This document shows positions 9,013 through 17,423 of a stretch of DNA of 32,000 nucleotides, one piece after another (the first letter of the stretch is position 1; each line of letters opens with the position of its first letter). The notes under the pieces were generated by a model that had not been told where the DNA came from, did no database searches, and saw only the letters and a program-made list of their open reading frames with translations. The translations under genes and the position numbers were made by a program. The stretch is from Aliivibrio fischeri ES114 (lineage in GTDB: Bacteria; Pseudomonadota; Gammaproteobacteria; Enterobacterales; Vibrionaceae): NCBI RefSeq assembly GCF_000011805.1, contig NC_006840.2; one strand, 5' to 3'.

Positions 9013-10311
9013 TTATCGAATTTGTAGGATATTTTGTTGCAACTGGTTATGTACATCCAATGAACGTGAGTTCGCTTGGAAGTTACGTTGTGCAGAGATC
9101 AAATCAACCAGTTCTTGCGTCATATCGATGTTTGATTGCTCCAAAGTACCACTTTGAATGTCACCAAATGAACCTTGGTTTGCTTCACCCCAAATAGCCG
9201 CACCAGATGCTTGTGTTGTAGACCACTGAGTACCACCATTTTGTGCAAGACCTTGCTGGTTAGTAACACGAACCATAGCTACACGGCCAAGCGTTACATC
9301 TTTACCATTCGAGTATGAACCTACAATATTACCGCTCTTATCAATATCAACTTTTGATAAGTAACCTGTTGTTGCACCATCTTCACTAAAGCGACGCATT
9401 TCAAACGGTGCAGAGAATTGTGTTGGGTTATCAAACTTCATGGTTAACGTCTGAGAAGGATCCGCACCATTTAAGTTTAAACCATTCTCACCTAGTGTTG
9501 TTGTTGCAACTGGCTGACCCGCATTAATACTTTGAGTTGTACCATCATTATTAAAGATAATAGAGTGACCAATTTGACCCGCAGCGTTTGTTGAGTCCCC
9601 ACCATTGATATTTACTGGTTTTTCACCATCAGTATCTGTTGAAGAGTAGAACACGTTCCAACGGTTTGGTTGTGTTGCATCTTTAACATAATACGTAGTC
9701 ATTTTGTATGGTTGACCTAGAGAGTCATACGTCGTAACCGAAGTTGACTTGTTGTAAGTGTCAGGATCATTCATATCAAAAAGAGCAGGATCTTTTGGTA
9801 CTTCAGTTGCTGGTAAGTTCATACCAATTTCAACATTTTCAGTTGGTTTTGGCTTACCAAATTGATCTGGGATCTTAAGTGCTTTTGGCTCATAAGATGA
9901 TACGTTGCCAGATTCAGGGTCAACTTCGTAACCTAATAGAAATTCATCGTTTGATGTCGTTACGTAGTTTTCATTATCTAGGTGGAATGCACCATTACGG
10001 CTTAATTCATTTGTCGCTGGTTGTAGGCGATCTTTTGCCACAGCGAAGAAACCTTGACCCGAAATACGTAAATCCATTGGATTATTTGTATAAATGCTTG
10101 AACCTTCGTGGAACTGTTGTGCCACTTTAGTTGTTTGTGCACCACCACCGGTTGTGGTTTTTGCATTTGAGAATAGCGATGATGAATACACATCACCAAA
10201 CTCTGCACGAGATTCTTTAAAGCCATATGTATTCGCATTGGCTAAGTTATTCGATGTTGTATTTAAGTCTTTTTGAGCAGCGGCTAGACCACTTAATGCT
10301 ACGTATGACAT
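9013..10311 (-). CDS. flgE: Flagellar hook protein FlgE
   Basis: 432 aa; MSYVALSGLAAAQKDLNTTSNNLANANTYGFKESRAEF ... LEQSNIDMTQELVDLISAQRNFQANSRSLDVHNQLQQNILQIR. Confidence 0.97.
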   Translation of the reverse strand: MSYVALSGLAAAQKDLNTTSNNLANANTYGFKESRAEFGDVYSSSLFSNAKTTTGGGAQTTKVAQQFHEGSSIYTNNPMDLRISGQGFFAVAKDRLQPATNELSRNGAFHLDNENYVTTSNDEFLLGYEVDPESGNVSSYEPKALKIPDQFGKPKPTENVEIGMNLPATEVPKDPALFDMNDPDTYNKSTSVTTYDSLGQPYKMTTYYVKDATQPNRWNVFYSSTDTDGEKPVNINGGDSTNAAGQIGHSIIFNNDGTTQSINAGQPVATTTLGENGLNLNGADPSQTLTMKFDNPTQFSAPFEMRRFSEDGATTGYLSKVDIDKSGNIVGSYSNGKDVTLGRVAMVRVTNQQGLAQNGGTQWSTTQASGAAIWGEANQGSFGDIQSGTLEQSNIDMTQELVDLISAQRNFQANSRSLDVHNQLQQNILQIR

Positions 10312-10344
10312 TTGATATCTCCTATCTAGCTACGCATATGTTTT

Positions 10345-10392
10345 CCAATTCCATTAACGATCAAAGTTAAGGAAGAGTGTTAATGGAATTGG
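10345..10392. repeat. 14-bp perfect inverted repeat in the flgD-flgE gap
   Basis: CCAATTCCATTAAC (10345-10358) and GTTAATGGAATTGG (10379-10392), 20-nt loop. Confidence 0.9.
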
Positions 10393-10429
10393 CATAGCTT
10401 TATGAATAATTAAATGATGAAAATGGGAG

Positions 10430-10462
10430 TATTCAGGCAGCGATAAGTTGCTGCACTGAATA
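10430..10462. repeat. Second hairpin-forming inverted repeat in the flgD-flgE gap
   Basis: TATTCAG-GCAGC (10430-10441) / GCTGC-a-CTGAATA (10450-10462). Confidence 0.85.
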
Positions 10463-10471
10463 TTCGCCCTT

Positions 10472-11182
10472 TTATGCCTTACCTACTTCTAGCACTTCTG
10501 CCAGTTTAATAGGTGAAGCAAAACCAGCAAGATTTAGCAGAACATTGCCATCACCTTTGCCCAGAAGAACACTGTTTACGTTTGCGTATGTAGATACACC
10601 AAACTCTTTGTTTTCTCCATCAAGCACGCCAGCAGCTTTAATATTGTAGCGACCAGCAGGCATTGCATTGCCTTTATCATCTTTGCCGTCCCACTCTACT
10701 CGAGTGTCGCCAGCAGGTTTAGCGCCCACATCTAAAGTACGAATTAATTGACCTTGTTCGTTTTCAACACGAACCATTAGGTTATTAATTGCTTGAGGCA
10801 ATTTAACCATTGCCGCCATACCTTTATCTGCTTCTTTTAAGCCTTTAGCGCCAGGTACTAGAACATCACGACCAACAAGCGAAGACGCTTGTAATGCTTG
10901 GTTAGATGTCATTGATGAATTCAAGCTATCAAACTGTGTATTCATCTTGCCAATACCGTCGACAGTTGCAAATGAAGCCATTTGCGCAATCATCTGGTCG
11001 TTTTCAACCGGTTTAAATGGGTCTTGTTGAGACAACTGCTTGGTTAGCAATGAAAGGAAGTCTTCTTGCTTCAGTTCATTTTTGCCGCCCGTTGTTTTTT
11101 CAGTTTTGTTCGCCTCTTGAAGACTCTTTAACTGGTCGATGTAGGACAAGCCGTTTTGACCAACGTTATTGATTCCAGTCAT
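10472..11182 (-). CDS. flgD: Flagellar hook capping protein FlgD
   Basis: 236 aa; LKQEDFLSLLTKQLSQQDPFKPVENDQMIAQMASFATVDGIGKMN; VEWDGKDDKGNAMPAGRYNIKAAG. Confidence 0.96.
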   Translation of the reverse strand: MTGINNVGQNGLSYIDQLKSLQEANKTEKTTGGKNELKQEDFLSLLTKQLSQQDPFKPVENDQMIAQMASFATVDGIGKMNTQFDSLNSSMTSNQALQASSLVGRDVLVPGAKGLKEADKGMAAMVKLPQAINNLMVRVENEQGQLIRTLDVGAKPAGDTRVEWDGKDDKGNAMPAGRYNIKAAGVLDGENKEFGVSTYANVNSVLLGKGDGNVLLNLAGFASPIKLAEVLEVGKA

Positions 11183-11197
11183 AGCTACCTCCTATCC

Positions 11198-11614
11198 TTA
11201 TTGACCCATTCGCAGAGTACTCTGCAACATTTGTTTACTCGCATCTGCAACTTGAACATTCGTTTGGTATGAACGAGAAGCAGAAATCATGTTTGCCATT
11301 TCTTCCATCACATTAACGTTTGGCTTAAAGATATAGCCATCGTCATTTGCCATAGGATGGTCTGGGTTATATTCTGCACGTAGAGGCTTTTGGCTTTCAA
11401 CAATACCAAGAACTTTTACAGGAACTGTATGATCTTGTTTGTATTTTGCTTTGCTCAATTCCGCACCAAAAACAGCCTGGCGTGCTTTATAAGTTTCAGC
11501 AGCTGAGCTACTTACACTGTCTGCGTTTGCCATGTTACTTGAAGTGGTGTTAAGACGAACTGATTCTGCACTCATTGCAGAACCTGTAACGTTAAAAACA
11601 TTAAATAAGCTCAT
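11198..11614 (-). CDS. flgC: Flagellar proximal rod protein FlgC
   Basis: 138 aa; MSLFNVFNVTGSAMSAESVRLNTTSSNMANADS ... PNVNVMEEMANMISASRSYQTNVQVADASKQMLQSTLRMGQ. Confidence 0.97.
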   Translation of the reverse strand: MSLFNVFNVTGSAMSAESVRLNTTSSNMANADSVSSSAAETYKARQAVFGAELSKAKYKQDHTVPVKVLGIVESQKPLRAEYNPDHPMANDDGYIFKPNVNVMEEMANMISASRSYQTNVQVADASKQMLQSTLRMGQ

Positions 11615-11616
11615 CT

Positions 11617-12012
11617 CTATTCCCCTTTAATTGCTTTGGTTAGGTTTTTGAACTTGCTACCTAAAAAGTCTAATGATGCTTGATGACGAAGTTGGTTTTG
11701 CATAAACAAGTTACGCTCCAAATCCACATCTACCGTATTGCCATCACCTGTATCAGGTTGAGTTGGAAGACGGTATTGAATTTCCCCAGCCATTCGTGTT
11801 GAGGCATTAATGTGCCGACCATCTGTACGGCTTAAACCCATACTTGCTTTCGATGTTGCCGACTGTAATGCTTTTTGAAAATCCATTCCTTTTGCTTTAT
11901 AGCCAGGAGTATTCGCTTGAGCGATGTTTGTCGCTAACATTTCAGCACGTTCAGCGCGTACGCCTACTGTGTACTGATGAATACCTAATGCGTTATCAAA
12001 AGAAATTGCCAT
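11617..12012 (-). CDS. flgB: Flagellar proximal rod protein FlgB
   Basis: 131 aa; RAERAEMLATNIAQANTPGYKAKGMDFQKAL; first gene of the flgBCDE group. Confidence 0.96.
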   Translation of the reverse strand: MAISFDNALGIHQYTVGVRAERAEMLATNIAQANTPGYKAKGMDFQKALQSATSKASMGLSRTDGRHINASTRMAGEIQYRLPTQPDTGDGNTVDVDLERNLFMQNQLRHQASLDFLGSKFKNLTKAIKGE

Positions 12013-12060
12013 TTCAAACCCTCCACAAGAACTGACTAGCAGTATATATAATTTCTATAT

Positions 12061-12076
12061 TGCAACCTGTATGCCA
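12061..12076 (-). promoter_or_regulatory. Sigma-54 promoter candidate for flgBCDE
   Basis: Minus strand TGGCATACAGGTTGCA, about 50 nt upstream of flgB. Confidence 0.75.
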
Positions 12077-12160
12077 ACTTTTTCAATTCACAGAGCAGAT
12101 TGACGATACTACCGATATTTATTTAGCAATATCTGAGCCAACTATAGATTACAGGCACAA

Positions 12161-12184
12161 AAAAAGCGACCTAAGTCGCTTTTT
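12161..12184. terminator. Bidirectional intrinsic terminator between cheR and flgB
   Basis: AAAAAGCGAC-CTAA-GTCGCTTTTT. Confidence 0.75.
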
Positions 12185-12207
12185 GTTCAATAATCACTCA
12201 ATCATAA

Positions 12208-13035
12208 TTATTTTAATTTATAAATAATGCCCGGATTACAACGCACCATCTCAAATTTATCAGTTAATCCAGTTAACGATTCCGATGCACCTAACAATAA
12301 GTAGCCACCAGGGTTAAGACTTGCCGCCATTTGATTTAACACTTGAGATTTCATCTCAGGTGAAAAGTAAATCAATACGTTACGACAAAAAATAATGTCA
12401 AACTTACCCAATAAGCTGTAGCTATCCATTAGGTTCTGAGGACGGAAATTCACCATACGTTTGATTTTATCGTTGATTTTCATCTTGCCATCACCCGCAT
12501 CTTCAAAGAAAGCACGGCGACGTTCAGGAGATAAACCACGACTTAATGCTAAGTTGTCATAAACACCTGCTTTACAGGTTTCAAGCATTGATGGTGAAAT
12601 ATCGGTTGCAGTAATACTGATATTAGGAAGAAAGCCCGGCTTACGTGCTTGGATTTCAGAAATGATCATCCCCATGGAATAAGGTTCTTGACCAGATGAA
12701 CTTGCCGCTGACCAAATTTTTAATGGGCGACGGTTTGCCGCTAACTCTGGCAACAATTTGTCTGCAAGCACAGTAAATGGGTAACCATCTCTAAACCACA
12801 AAGTTTCATTGGTTGTCATTGCATCAACAGCAGCGACACGCAGCTCTCGGTTACGACCAGAAATAACTTGTTGTAATAGATCAGATAATGAAGCTAATGA
12901 AAACTTAGCAACTAAAGGACTCAGTCGGCTTCTCACTAAATATTGCTTACTGTCCCCTAGGACAATACCACATTGAGATTCTAGAAAGCGGCTGAAGTCA
13001 CGATACTCTTGTTCGTTGATAGTTATAGTTGTCAT
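12208..13035 (-). CDS. cheR: Chemotaxis protein methyltransferase CheR (ORF track starts at 13053; MTTITINEQEY at 13035 is plausible)
   Basis: WSAASSSGQEPYSMGMI, DIIFCRNVLIYFSPEMKSQVLNQMAASLNPGGYLLLGASESL; SAM-dependent MCP methyltransferase signatures. Confidence 0.95.
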   Translation of the reverse strand: MTTITINEQEYRDFSRFLESQCGIVLGDSKQYLVRSRLSPLVAKFSLASLSDLLQQVISGRNRELRVAAVDAMTTNETLWFRDGYPFTVLADKLLPELAANRRPLKIWSAASSSGQEPYSMGMIISEIQARKPGFLPNISITATDISPSMLETCKAGVYDNLALSRGLSPERRRAFFEDAGDGKMKINDKIKRMVNFRPQNLMDSYSLLGKFDIIFCRNVLIYFSPEMKSQVLNQMAASLNPGGYLLLGASESLTGLTDKFEMVRCNPGIIYKLK

Positions 13036-13118
13036 TAACGGTTTAACTTCCAAATAAAAAATGAATTGCCGTTTTATATTACTACGACAATAGGATTTAG
13101 CTTATTACTTTATGCTGT

Positions 13119-14039
13119 TTATTTTTCAACAGCCTTCTTCACGGCCGCACCTAACTCATCAGGATTAAATTTAGCGATGAATTGGTTTGCACCAACACGC
13201 TCTACCATTGCTTGGTTGAATACGCCACTTAGTGAAGTATGCAATATAACGTGCAGATCTTTTAGTGCTGGCTCACGACGAATTTCAGCGGTTAATGTAT
13301 AACCATCCATTTCAGGCATTTCAACATCAGAAATAACTAGGCCGATTTGCTCGTATACGCTACCAGCATTTGCCATTTCAACTAGCTTATTCAGTGCTTC
13401 TTTGCCATCTTTTACCATGATAGTTTCAAAGCCAATAGATTCAACAGCACGTTGTACTTGTTTACGAGCAACACTAGAGTCATCAGCAATAAGTACTTTA
13501 CGAACAACTTCTTGGCTCATAGATGTCATCTCTTCAACCAGTTCTTCGTTCATTGTTTCGTCGATAGGTGCAATCTCAGCTAAGATTTTTTCAACATCTA
13601 AAATCTCAACTAATTCTTCATCAATATTTGTTACTGCTGTTAGGTAGTTTGCACGACCAGTACCTTGTGGCGGTGGCAAAATTGCCTCCCAGTGCATATT
13701 AACAATACGCTCTACCGATTTTACTAAGAAACCTTGAATTGTACGGTTAAATTCCGAAATAATAATAAAACATTTATCAATTTCAGTCGTTGGACGACCG
13801 CCAGTAGCAAGACTTAAATCAATAACAGAGATAGTTTGGCCACGAATATGCGCGATACCTTTTACTAAAGGATTTAAATTTGGCATTGAAGTCAACTTCG
13901 GACACTGTAATACTTCTTTTACTTTAAAAACGTTAATACCATAACGTTGACGTCCCATAAGACGAAAAGTAAGCAGTTCTAAACGGTTCTGCCCTACAAG
14001 TTGTGTGCGCTGATTCACCGAATCCAGTATACCTGTCAT
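13119..14039 (-). CDS. cheV: Chemotaxis coupling protein CheV (CheW-like domain plus receiver domain)
   Basis: 306 aa; FRLMGRQRYGINVFKVKEVLQCPKL ... KVLIADDSSVARKQVQRAVESIG ... LVISDVEMPEMDGYTLTAEIR. Confidence 0.95.
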   Translation of the reverse strand: MTGILDSVNQRTQLVGQNRLELLTFRLMGRQRYGINVFKVKEVLQCPKLTSMPNLNPLVKGIAHIRGQTISVIDLSLATGGRPTTEIDKCFIIISEFNRTIQGFLVKSVERIVNMHWEAILPPPQGTGRANYLTAVTNIDEELVEILDVEKILAEIAPIDETMNEELVEEMTSMSQEVVRKVLIADDSSVARKQVQRAVESIGFETIMVKDGKEALNKLVEMANAGSVYEQIGLVISDVEMPEMDGYTLTAEIRREPALKDLHVILHTSLSGVFNQAMVERVGANQFIAKFNPDELGAAVKKAVEK

Positions 14040-14095
14040 TATATGACTCCATCTTGTGCCACTATGTAATTAAACCGCGAGCCTAACATAACCCT

Positions 14096-14863
14096 ATGAA
14101 GAACACGATATACAACATGGCATTTTATATTGAAAATATGATGATAATAAAAAAATGTGATTACAGAACCACTTTTTATCGACTTATAAGCGTTATCGGC
14201 CTATTTATAAGTTTCTTTAGCTCGAATGTGCATGCTGCCACAGATGAACAGTTAGATGCAATCAAACACGCTGCAGAAACTTTTCTACAATCCCAAATTG
14301 AAGTGCCTCAAAATGGTACTTTACATATTGAGGCTGCTCGTATCGATAGCAGAATACAAGCAACAGACTGCCCTGCACCATTAATTGCCTCTTTACCTGG
14401 CCGTCTTAATTCAAGCGGCAATACATCGGTTCTTGTTGAATGTCAGCCTGATGATTGGAAGGTGTATGTTCCGGTAAAAACAGAGTTAATGATGCCTTTA
14501 GTCACCGCAATCTCTTCTTTATCAAGAGGACACACCATTTCAAGCAGTGATTTAACATTAACGATGGTTAACAGCCGAACTTACCAACGAGGCGGTTATA
14601 TTAATGTTGATGATCTCGTAGGTGCCCGCATTAAACGTAGTGTTAGAGCCGGTGAGACTGTAGAAAAAAACGACATCTGCATGGTATGTCGCAACGACAG
14701 TGTTATAATTAAAGCAGTAAAAGGTGAATTAAGTATTATCACAAAAGGAACCGCACTTGGTGACGGGGCTCTTGGTGATAAAGTTAACGTTAAAAATGAT
14801 AAATCCAATCGAATAGTAAATGGTATTGTCACCTCAGTCGGTGAAATTAGCATCCGTTTTTAA
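14096..14863 (+). CDS. flgA: Flagellar P-ring chaperone FlgA
   Basis: 255 aa; SAF-type C-terminus RGGYINVDDLVGARIKRSVRAGETVEKNDICMV...GDKVNVKNDKSNRIVNGIVTSVGEISIRF; position next to cheV/flgM. Confidence 0.92.
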   Translation: MKNTIYNMAFYIENMMIIKKCDYRTTFYRLISVIGLFISFFSSNVHAATDEQLDAIKHAAETFLQSQIEVPQNGTLHIEAARIDSRIQATDCPAPLIASLPGRLNSSGNTSVLVECQPDDWKVYVPVKTELMMPLVTAISSLSRGHTISSSDLTLTMVNSRTYQRGGYINVDDLVGARIKRSVRAGETVEKNDICMVCRNDSVIIKAVKGELSIITKGTALGDGALGDKVNVKNDKSNRIVNGIVTSVGEISIRF

Positions 14864-14901
14864 GATATTAATTAATATCGAATAAAATTTTTATTTTTTA
14901 C

Positions 14902-14928
14902 TAAACTATCTTACTCGATTGCCGATAA
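14902..14928 (+). promoter_or_regulatory. Sigma-28 (FliA) promoter candidate, distal, for flgM
   Basis: TAAA-N15-GCCGATAA; exact -10 consensus and spacing. Confidence 0.8.
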
Positions 14929-15008
14929 ATTGATCATGGCATCATTTATGCTTAGTTTTACTACAGTTTAAAATAATGAAAAAAGCGTCAAAAATTTTCA
15001 TTATTTGC

Positions 15009-15035
15009 TAAAGTTATTTTTTTGACAGCCGATAG
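15009..15035 (+). promoter_or_regulatory. Sigma-28 (FliA) promoter candidate, proximal, for flgM
   Basis: TAAA-N15-GCCGATAG. Confidence 0.65.
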
Positions 15036-15078
15036 ATAGATTAGAAGAATGTATTAACCGGCTAAAAGGCTTGAATAT

Positions 15079-15390
15079 ATGACAAGTATTGACCAATTAC
15101 GTGCTAGCCAGGCAATGGCGTCTTTACGCAATCAGGCTCGTGTAGATTCTGGAGATAAAGCCCCAGAAACTCAAGCACCTGCGTTGTCTGCAAAATCAGA
15201 TGCGGTTTCTTTAAGTAATCAAGGTAAAGAAATTGGCCAAATGCACCAACAATTAGCAACAGAACCTTCTTTTAATGAAGATAAAGTTGCTGCAATCAAA
15301 GCTGCTATTGCAAATGGATCATACACAGTTGATCCTGAACGTTTAGCAGACAATATGATTAAATTTGAAGACGAATTAGCCGGCCTATAA
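15079..15390 (+). CDS. flgM: Anti-sigma-28 factor FlgM
   Basis: 103 aa; SDAVSLSNQGKEIGQMHQQLATEPSFNEDKVAAIKAAIANGSYTVDPERLADNMIKFEDELAG. Confidence 0.94.
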   Translation: MTSIDQLRASQAMASLRNQARVDSGDKAPETQAPALSAKSDAVSLSNQGKEIGQMHQQLATEPSFNEDKVAAIKAAIANGSYTVDPERLADNMIKFEDELAGL

Positions 15391-15436
15391 CCTAGGCTGG
15401 TTAAGACTCTCACTGTTTTATTTACATTAGGAACAT

Positions 15437-15865
15437 ATGGCTCAGACACTTACTGAACTGCTTGATCTACAACGCAGCGTTGCGCTCTCTCTTTCTACGG
15501 TATTAAGTCGAGAGAAAGTCGCTATCGCAAGTAGAAAGCCGACGGAAATGGAAAGTATTGCCCATGATAAACTAGGCTTACTTAATCAATTACGTCAGTA
15601 TGATCAGCTATTAGGAAGTCATGCGGAACGTCAACTGCTGTCTGAAGATAATGCGCTTAATGAAAAAGTATCGGAAATTAAATCGATTATTCATGATTGT
15701 AAGCAAGAAAATGAAGTCAATGGTGAAGCGCTGCAACGTGCTCAACTTAGCTTCAACAAGCTAAACAATCTAATGCAGCAAAGCCGTGGCAAAAATGGCA
15801 TGACGTATACTGCTGAAGGCCAAACACGTAATGTGACAACATTAGGCACTAACGTAAAAGCTTAA
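15437..15865 (+). CDS. flgN: Flagellar type III chaperone FlgN family protein
   Basis: 142 aa helical protein immediately downstream of flgM; FlgN-like N-terminus (LLDLQRSVALSLSTVLSREKVAIASRKPTEMESIAHDKLGLLNQL). Confidence 0.88.
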   Translation: MAQTLTELLDLQRSVALSLSTVLSREKVAIASRKPTEMESIAHDKLGLLNQLRQYDQLLGSHAERQLLSEDNALNEKVSEIKSIIHDCKQENEVNGEALQRAQLSFNKLNNLMQQSRGKNGMTYTAEGQTRNVTTLGTNVKA

Positions 15866-15897
15866 GTTGCCTTCTCACGATCATCGATTTCTTATCC

Positions 15898-15923
15898 AAC
15901 CGTGTTGTATTTCTAACACGGTT
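15898..15923 (+). terminator. Intrinsic terminator after flgMN
   Basis: AACCGTGTT-gtatttct-AACACGGTT followed by TTTTT. Confidence 0.85.
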
Positions 15924-15985
15924 TTTTTCTATCTTTTCATACCGAACTCTAACTCTTATTTATCCTCCTCGATCCTAGTACTTGT

Positions 15986-16080
15986 TCTTACTTCTCTAAC
16001 TCGCCCCCAAAACCTAATCCCAGCTCTTACTTCTCTAACTCGTCCCTAAAACCTAGCCCCTGCTCTTACTCTCCCTATCT
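15986..16080. repeat. 39-bp imperfect tandem repeat (about 2.4 units)
   Basis: TCTTACTTCTCTAACTCG... begins at 15986 and again at 16025; a degenerate third unit TCTTACTCTCCC starts at 16064. Exact 39-nt period. Confidence 0.8.
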
Positions 16081-16095
16081 TACAAAAACAAAAAA

Positions 16096-16120
16096 GCCCT
16101 CGGCACCAAGTACCGAGGGC
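16096..16120 (-). terminator. Intrinsic terminator after flgOP
   Basis: Minus strand GCCCTCGG-TACTTGGTG-CCGAGGGC followed by TTTTTTG. Confidence 0.85.
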
Positions 16121-16173
16121 AATAGCATTATGTCGAATGAGAGCTTCTAACTAATCCTATCTAAAAGCATCAA

Positions 16174-16605
16174 TTAGAATAACGTTGTTTTTCTTTGTGT
16201 TGATGGTACATCGTAAACCTGACCTTGGTTTTTCATTCGTTCCATCTTTTTCAAGTTAAGCTTTAATTCAGTAACGTAGCTATCTCCCACAGGGTAAGTT
16301 CTAACCACTTCAGCGCCACGAATAATACCATCTACACCAGCACTAGTACTTTCTTCACCAAGCTGCTGATCATTCATCTCAACTTTACCGCTGATACGCA
16401 TACCATAAACCTGCTCAGCAAGCTCACGATAAGCATCAACTTTAGATGCTCGCATTGCTCTAATGCGTTTTTCATCGATGTTCTTACCGGCTTGCTCACT
16501 AATGCTTGCATATCCAACAGCTGTAAGGTTATCGCTTTCACGCATAACACCGATTGGCTGACATCCAACTAATACTAATAGGGCTAATAAAAACCAATGT
16601 TTCAT
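16174..16605 (-). CDS. flgP: Outer-membrane flagellar lipoprotein FlgP
   Basis: 143 aa; lipobox LVLVGCQP; KVDAYRELAEQVYGMRISGKVEM; next to flgO. Confidence 0.88.
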   Translation of the reverse strand: MKHWFLLALLVLVGCQPIGVMRESDNLTAVGYASISEQAGKNIDEKRIRAMRASKVDAYRELAEQVYGMRISGKVEMNDQQLGEESTSAGVDGIIRGAEVVRTYPVGDSYVTELKLNLKKMERMKNQGQVYDVPSTQRKTTLF

Positions 16606-16616
16606 ATTCGCTTCTC

Positions 16617-17252
16617 CTATGGACGAAGGATAATTGTGTTACGTTCTGCCTTTTGCACATCAGAACGAATGATCACACCATCTTCCATACGCATTGTATT
16701 TAGTGTGTCTAAATCACGGCCAATTCGATCCGCAGGTAGGAAACCTTGTGCCGATGCAACAACTACACGAGTTTGCATACCAATAACACGAGCATTAATT
16801 AATACACCACCATCTTGGCGAAGCATTGTACCTGTTAGTACGTAATCAACTTGCTGCTCTTGAACCAATTCTTTCCAATCACGGCTAAATGCAAAGTCAC
16901 CCTGCTGAGTCACTCTGATATTACCCGTTGTTTTATAGTCAATAACTTTAAAACCACGACGTTGAAGTTGGAAAATAAAGCTTTCTGTCACCGAGTTACC
17001 TAACCAGTTTGTTTGATCCATTTGTTGTAGATCTACAAAAGAAGTAATGGCAATTGGTGAACGAGCAGATAACGTCGTATTCGATGTTACTAACTGTTCA
17101 GTTAAGCTTTCAATAAAGTAGTCCATTGTATGGCGTGGGGTATCAGCCAGCATAAATGGGCTACCGTTATATGGTTCTTTACCATTATAAATAGGTGAAT
17201 ATGCACATGCACTCATCACCATAGACAGTAAAATTACAACCAATGCTCTCAT
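16617..17252 (-). CDS. flgO: Flagellar outer-membrane lipoprotein FlgO
   Basis: 211 aa; lipobox MSACAYSP; TPRHTMDYFIESLTEQLVTSNTTLSARSPIAITSFVDL; divergent to flgT. Confidence 0.88.
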   Translation of the reverse strand: MRALVVILLSMVMSACAYSPIYNGKEPYNGSPFMLADTPRHTMDYFIESLTEQLVTSNTTLSARSPIAITSFVDLQQMDQTNWLGNSVTESFIFQLQRRGFKVIDYKTTGNIRVTQQGDFAFSRDWKELVQEQQVDYVLTGTMLRQDGGVLINARVIGMQTRVVVASAQGFLPADRIGRDLDTLNTMRMEDGVIIRSDVQKAERNTIILRP

Positions 17253-17319
17253 TCTATTATCTCCAGATAATGTTTTAATATACTTACTAATTCTTCAATT
17301 TAAGCGTCAAACTTAAACT

Positions 17320-17335
17320 AGGAACAAAACTTGCT
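17320..17335 (+). promoter_or_regulatory. Weak sigma-54-like motif upstream of flgT
   Basis: AGGAACAAAACTTGCT: GG-N10-GC spacing, partial -24 match. Confidence 0.4.
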
Positions 17336-17389
17336 ATAGTTAAGGAAACGCAATTTGTAAGTACTTTTATCAATCAACAAATATTAGTT

Positions 17390-17405
17390 AGCAAATTCCA
17401 TACCC
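17390..17405 (-). promoter_or_regulatory. Weak sigma-54-like motif upstream of flgO
   Basis: Minus strand GGGTATGGAATTTGCT: GG-N10-GC spacing, partial -24 match. Confidence 0.35.
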
Positions 17406-17423
17406 ACTTGGCAGATAACAGTA

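Noticed and set aside
8997-10276. ORFs 8997..9197, 9879..10130, 10002..10238 and 10094..10276
   Set aside because: Out-of-frame or antisense to flgE, whose full-length reading frame is intact.
14864-14879. 16-bp palindrome GATATTAATTAATATC after flgA
   Set aside because: Purely A/T-rich core, common by chance in this AT-rich genome; no T-run or known binding motif match.
15867-16049. 60-aa plus-strand ORF ending LTSLTRPQNLIPALTSLTRP
   Set aside because: Its C-terminal repetition is the translation of the 39-bp non-coding tandem repeat, and it runs through the flgN terminator.
15986-16080. Possible CRISPR-like array from the regular 39-nt periodicity
   Set aside because: Imperfect tandem units with no unique spacers, no dyad symmetry and no cas genes nearby.
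11844-16568. Other overlapping small ORFs (11844..12035, 13066..13302, 13402..13647, 14596..14853, 15219..15449, 16374..16568)
   Set aside because: Overlap well-supported flgB, cheR/cheV, flgA, flgM or flgP frames; no independent support.
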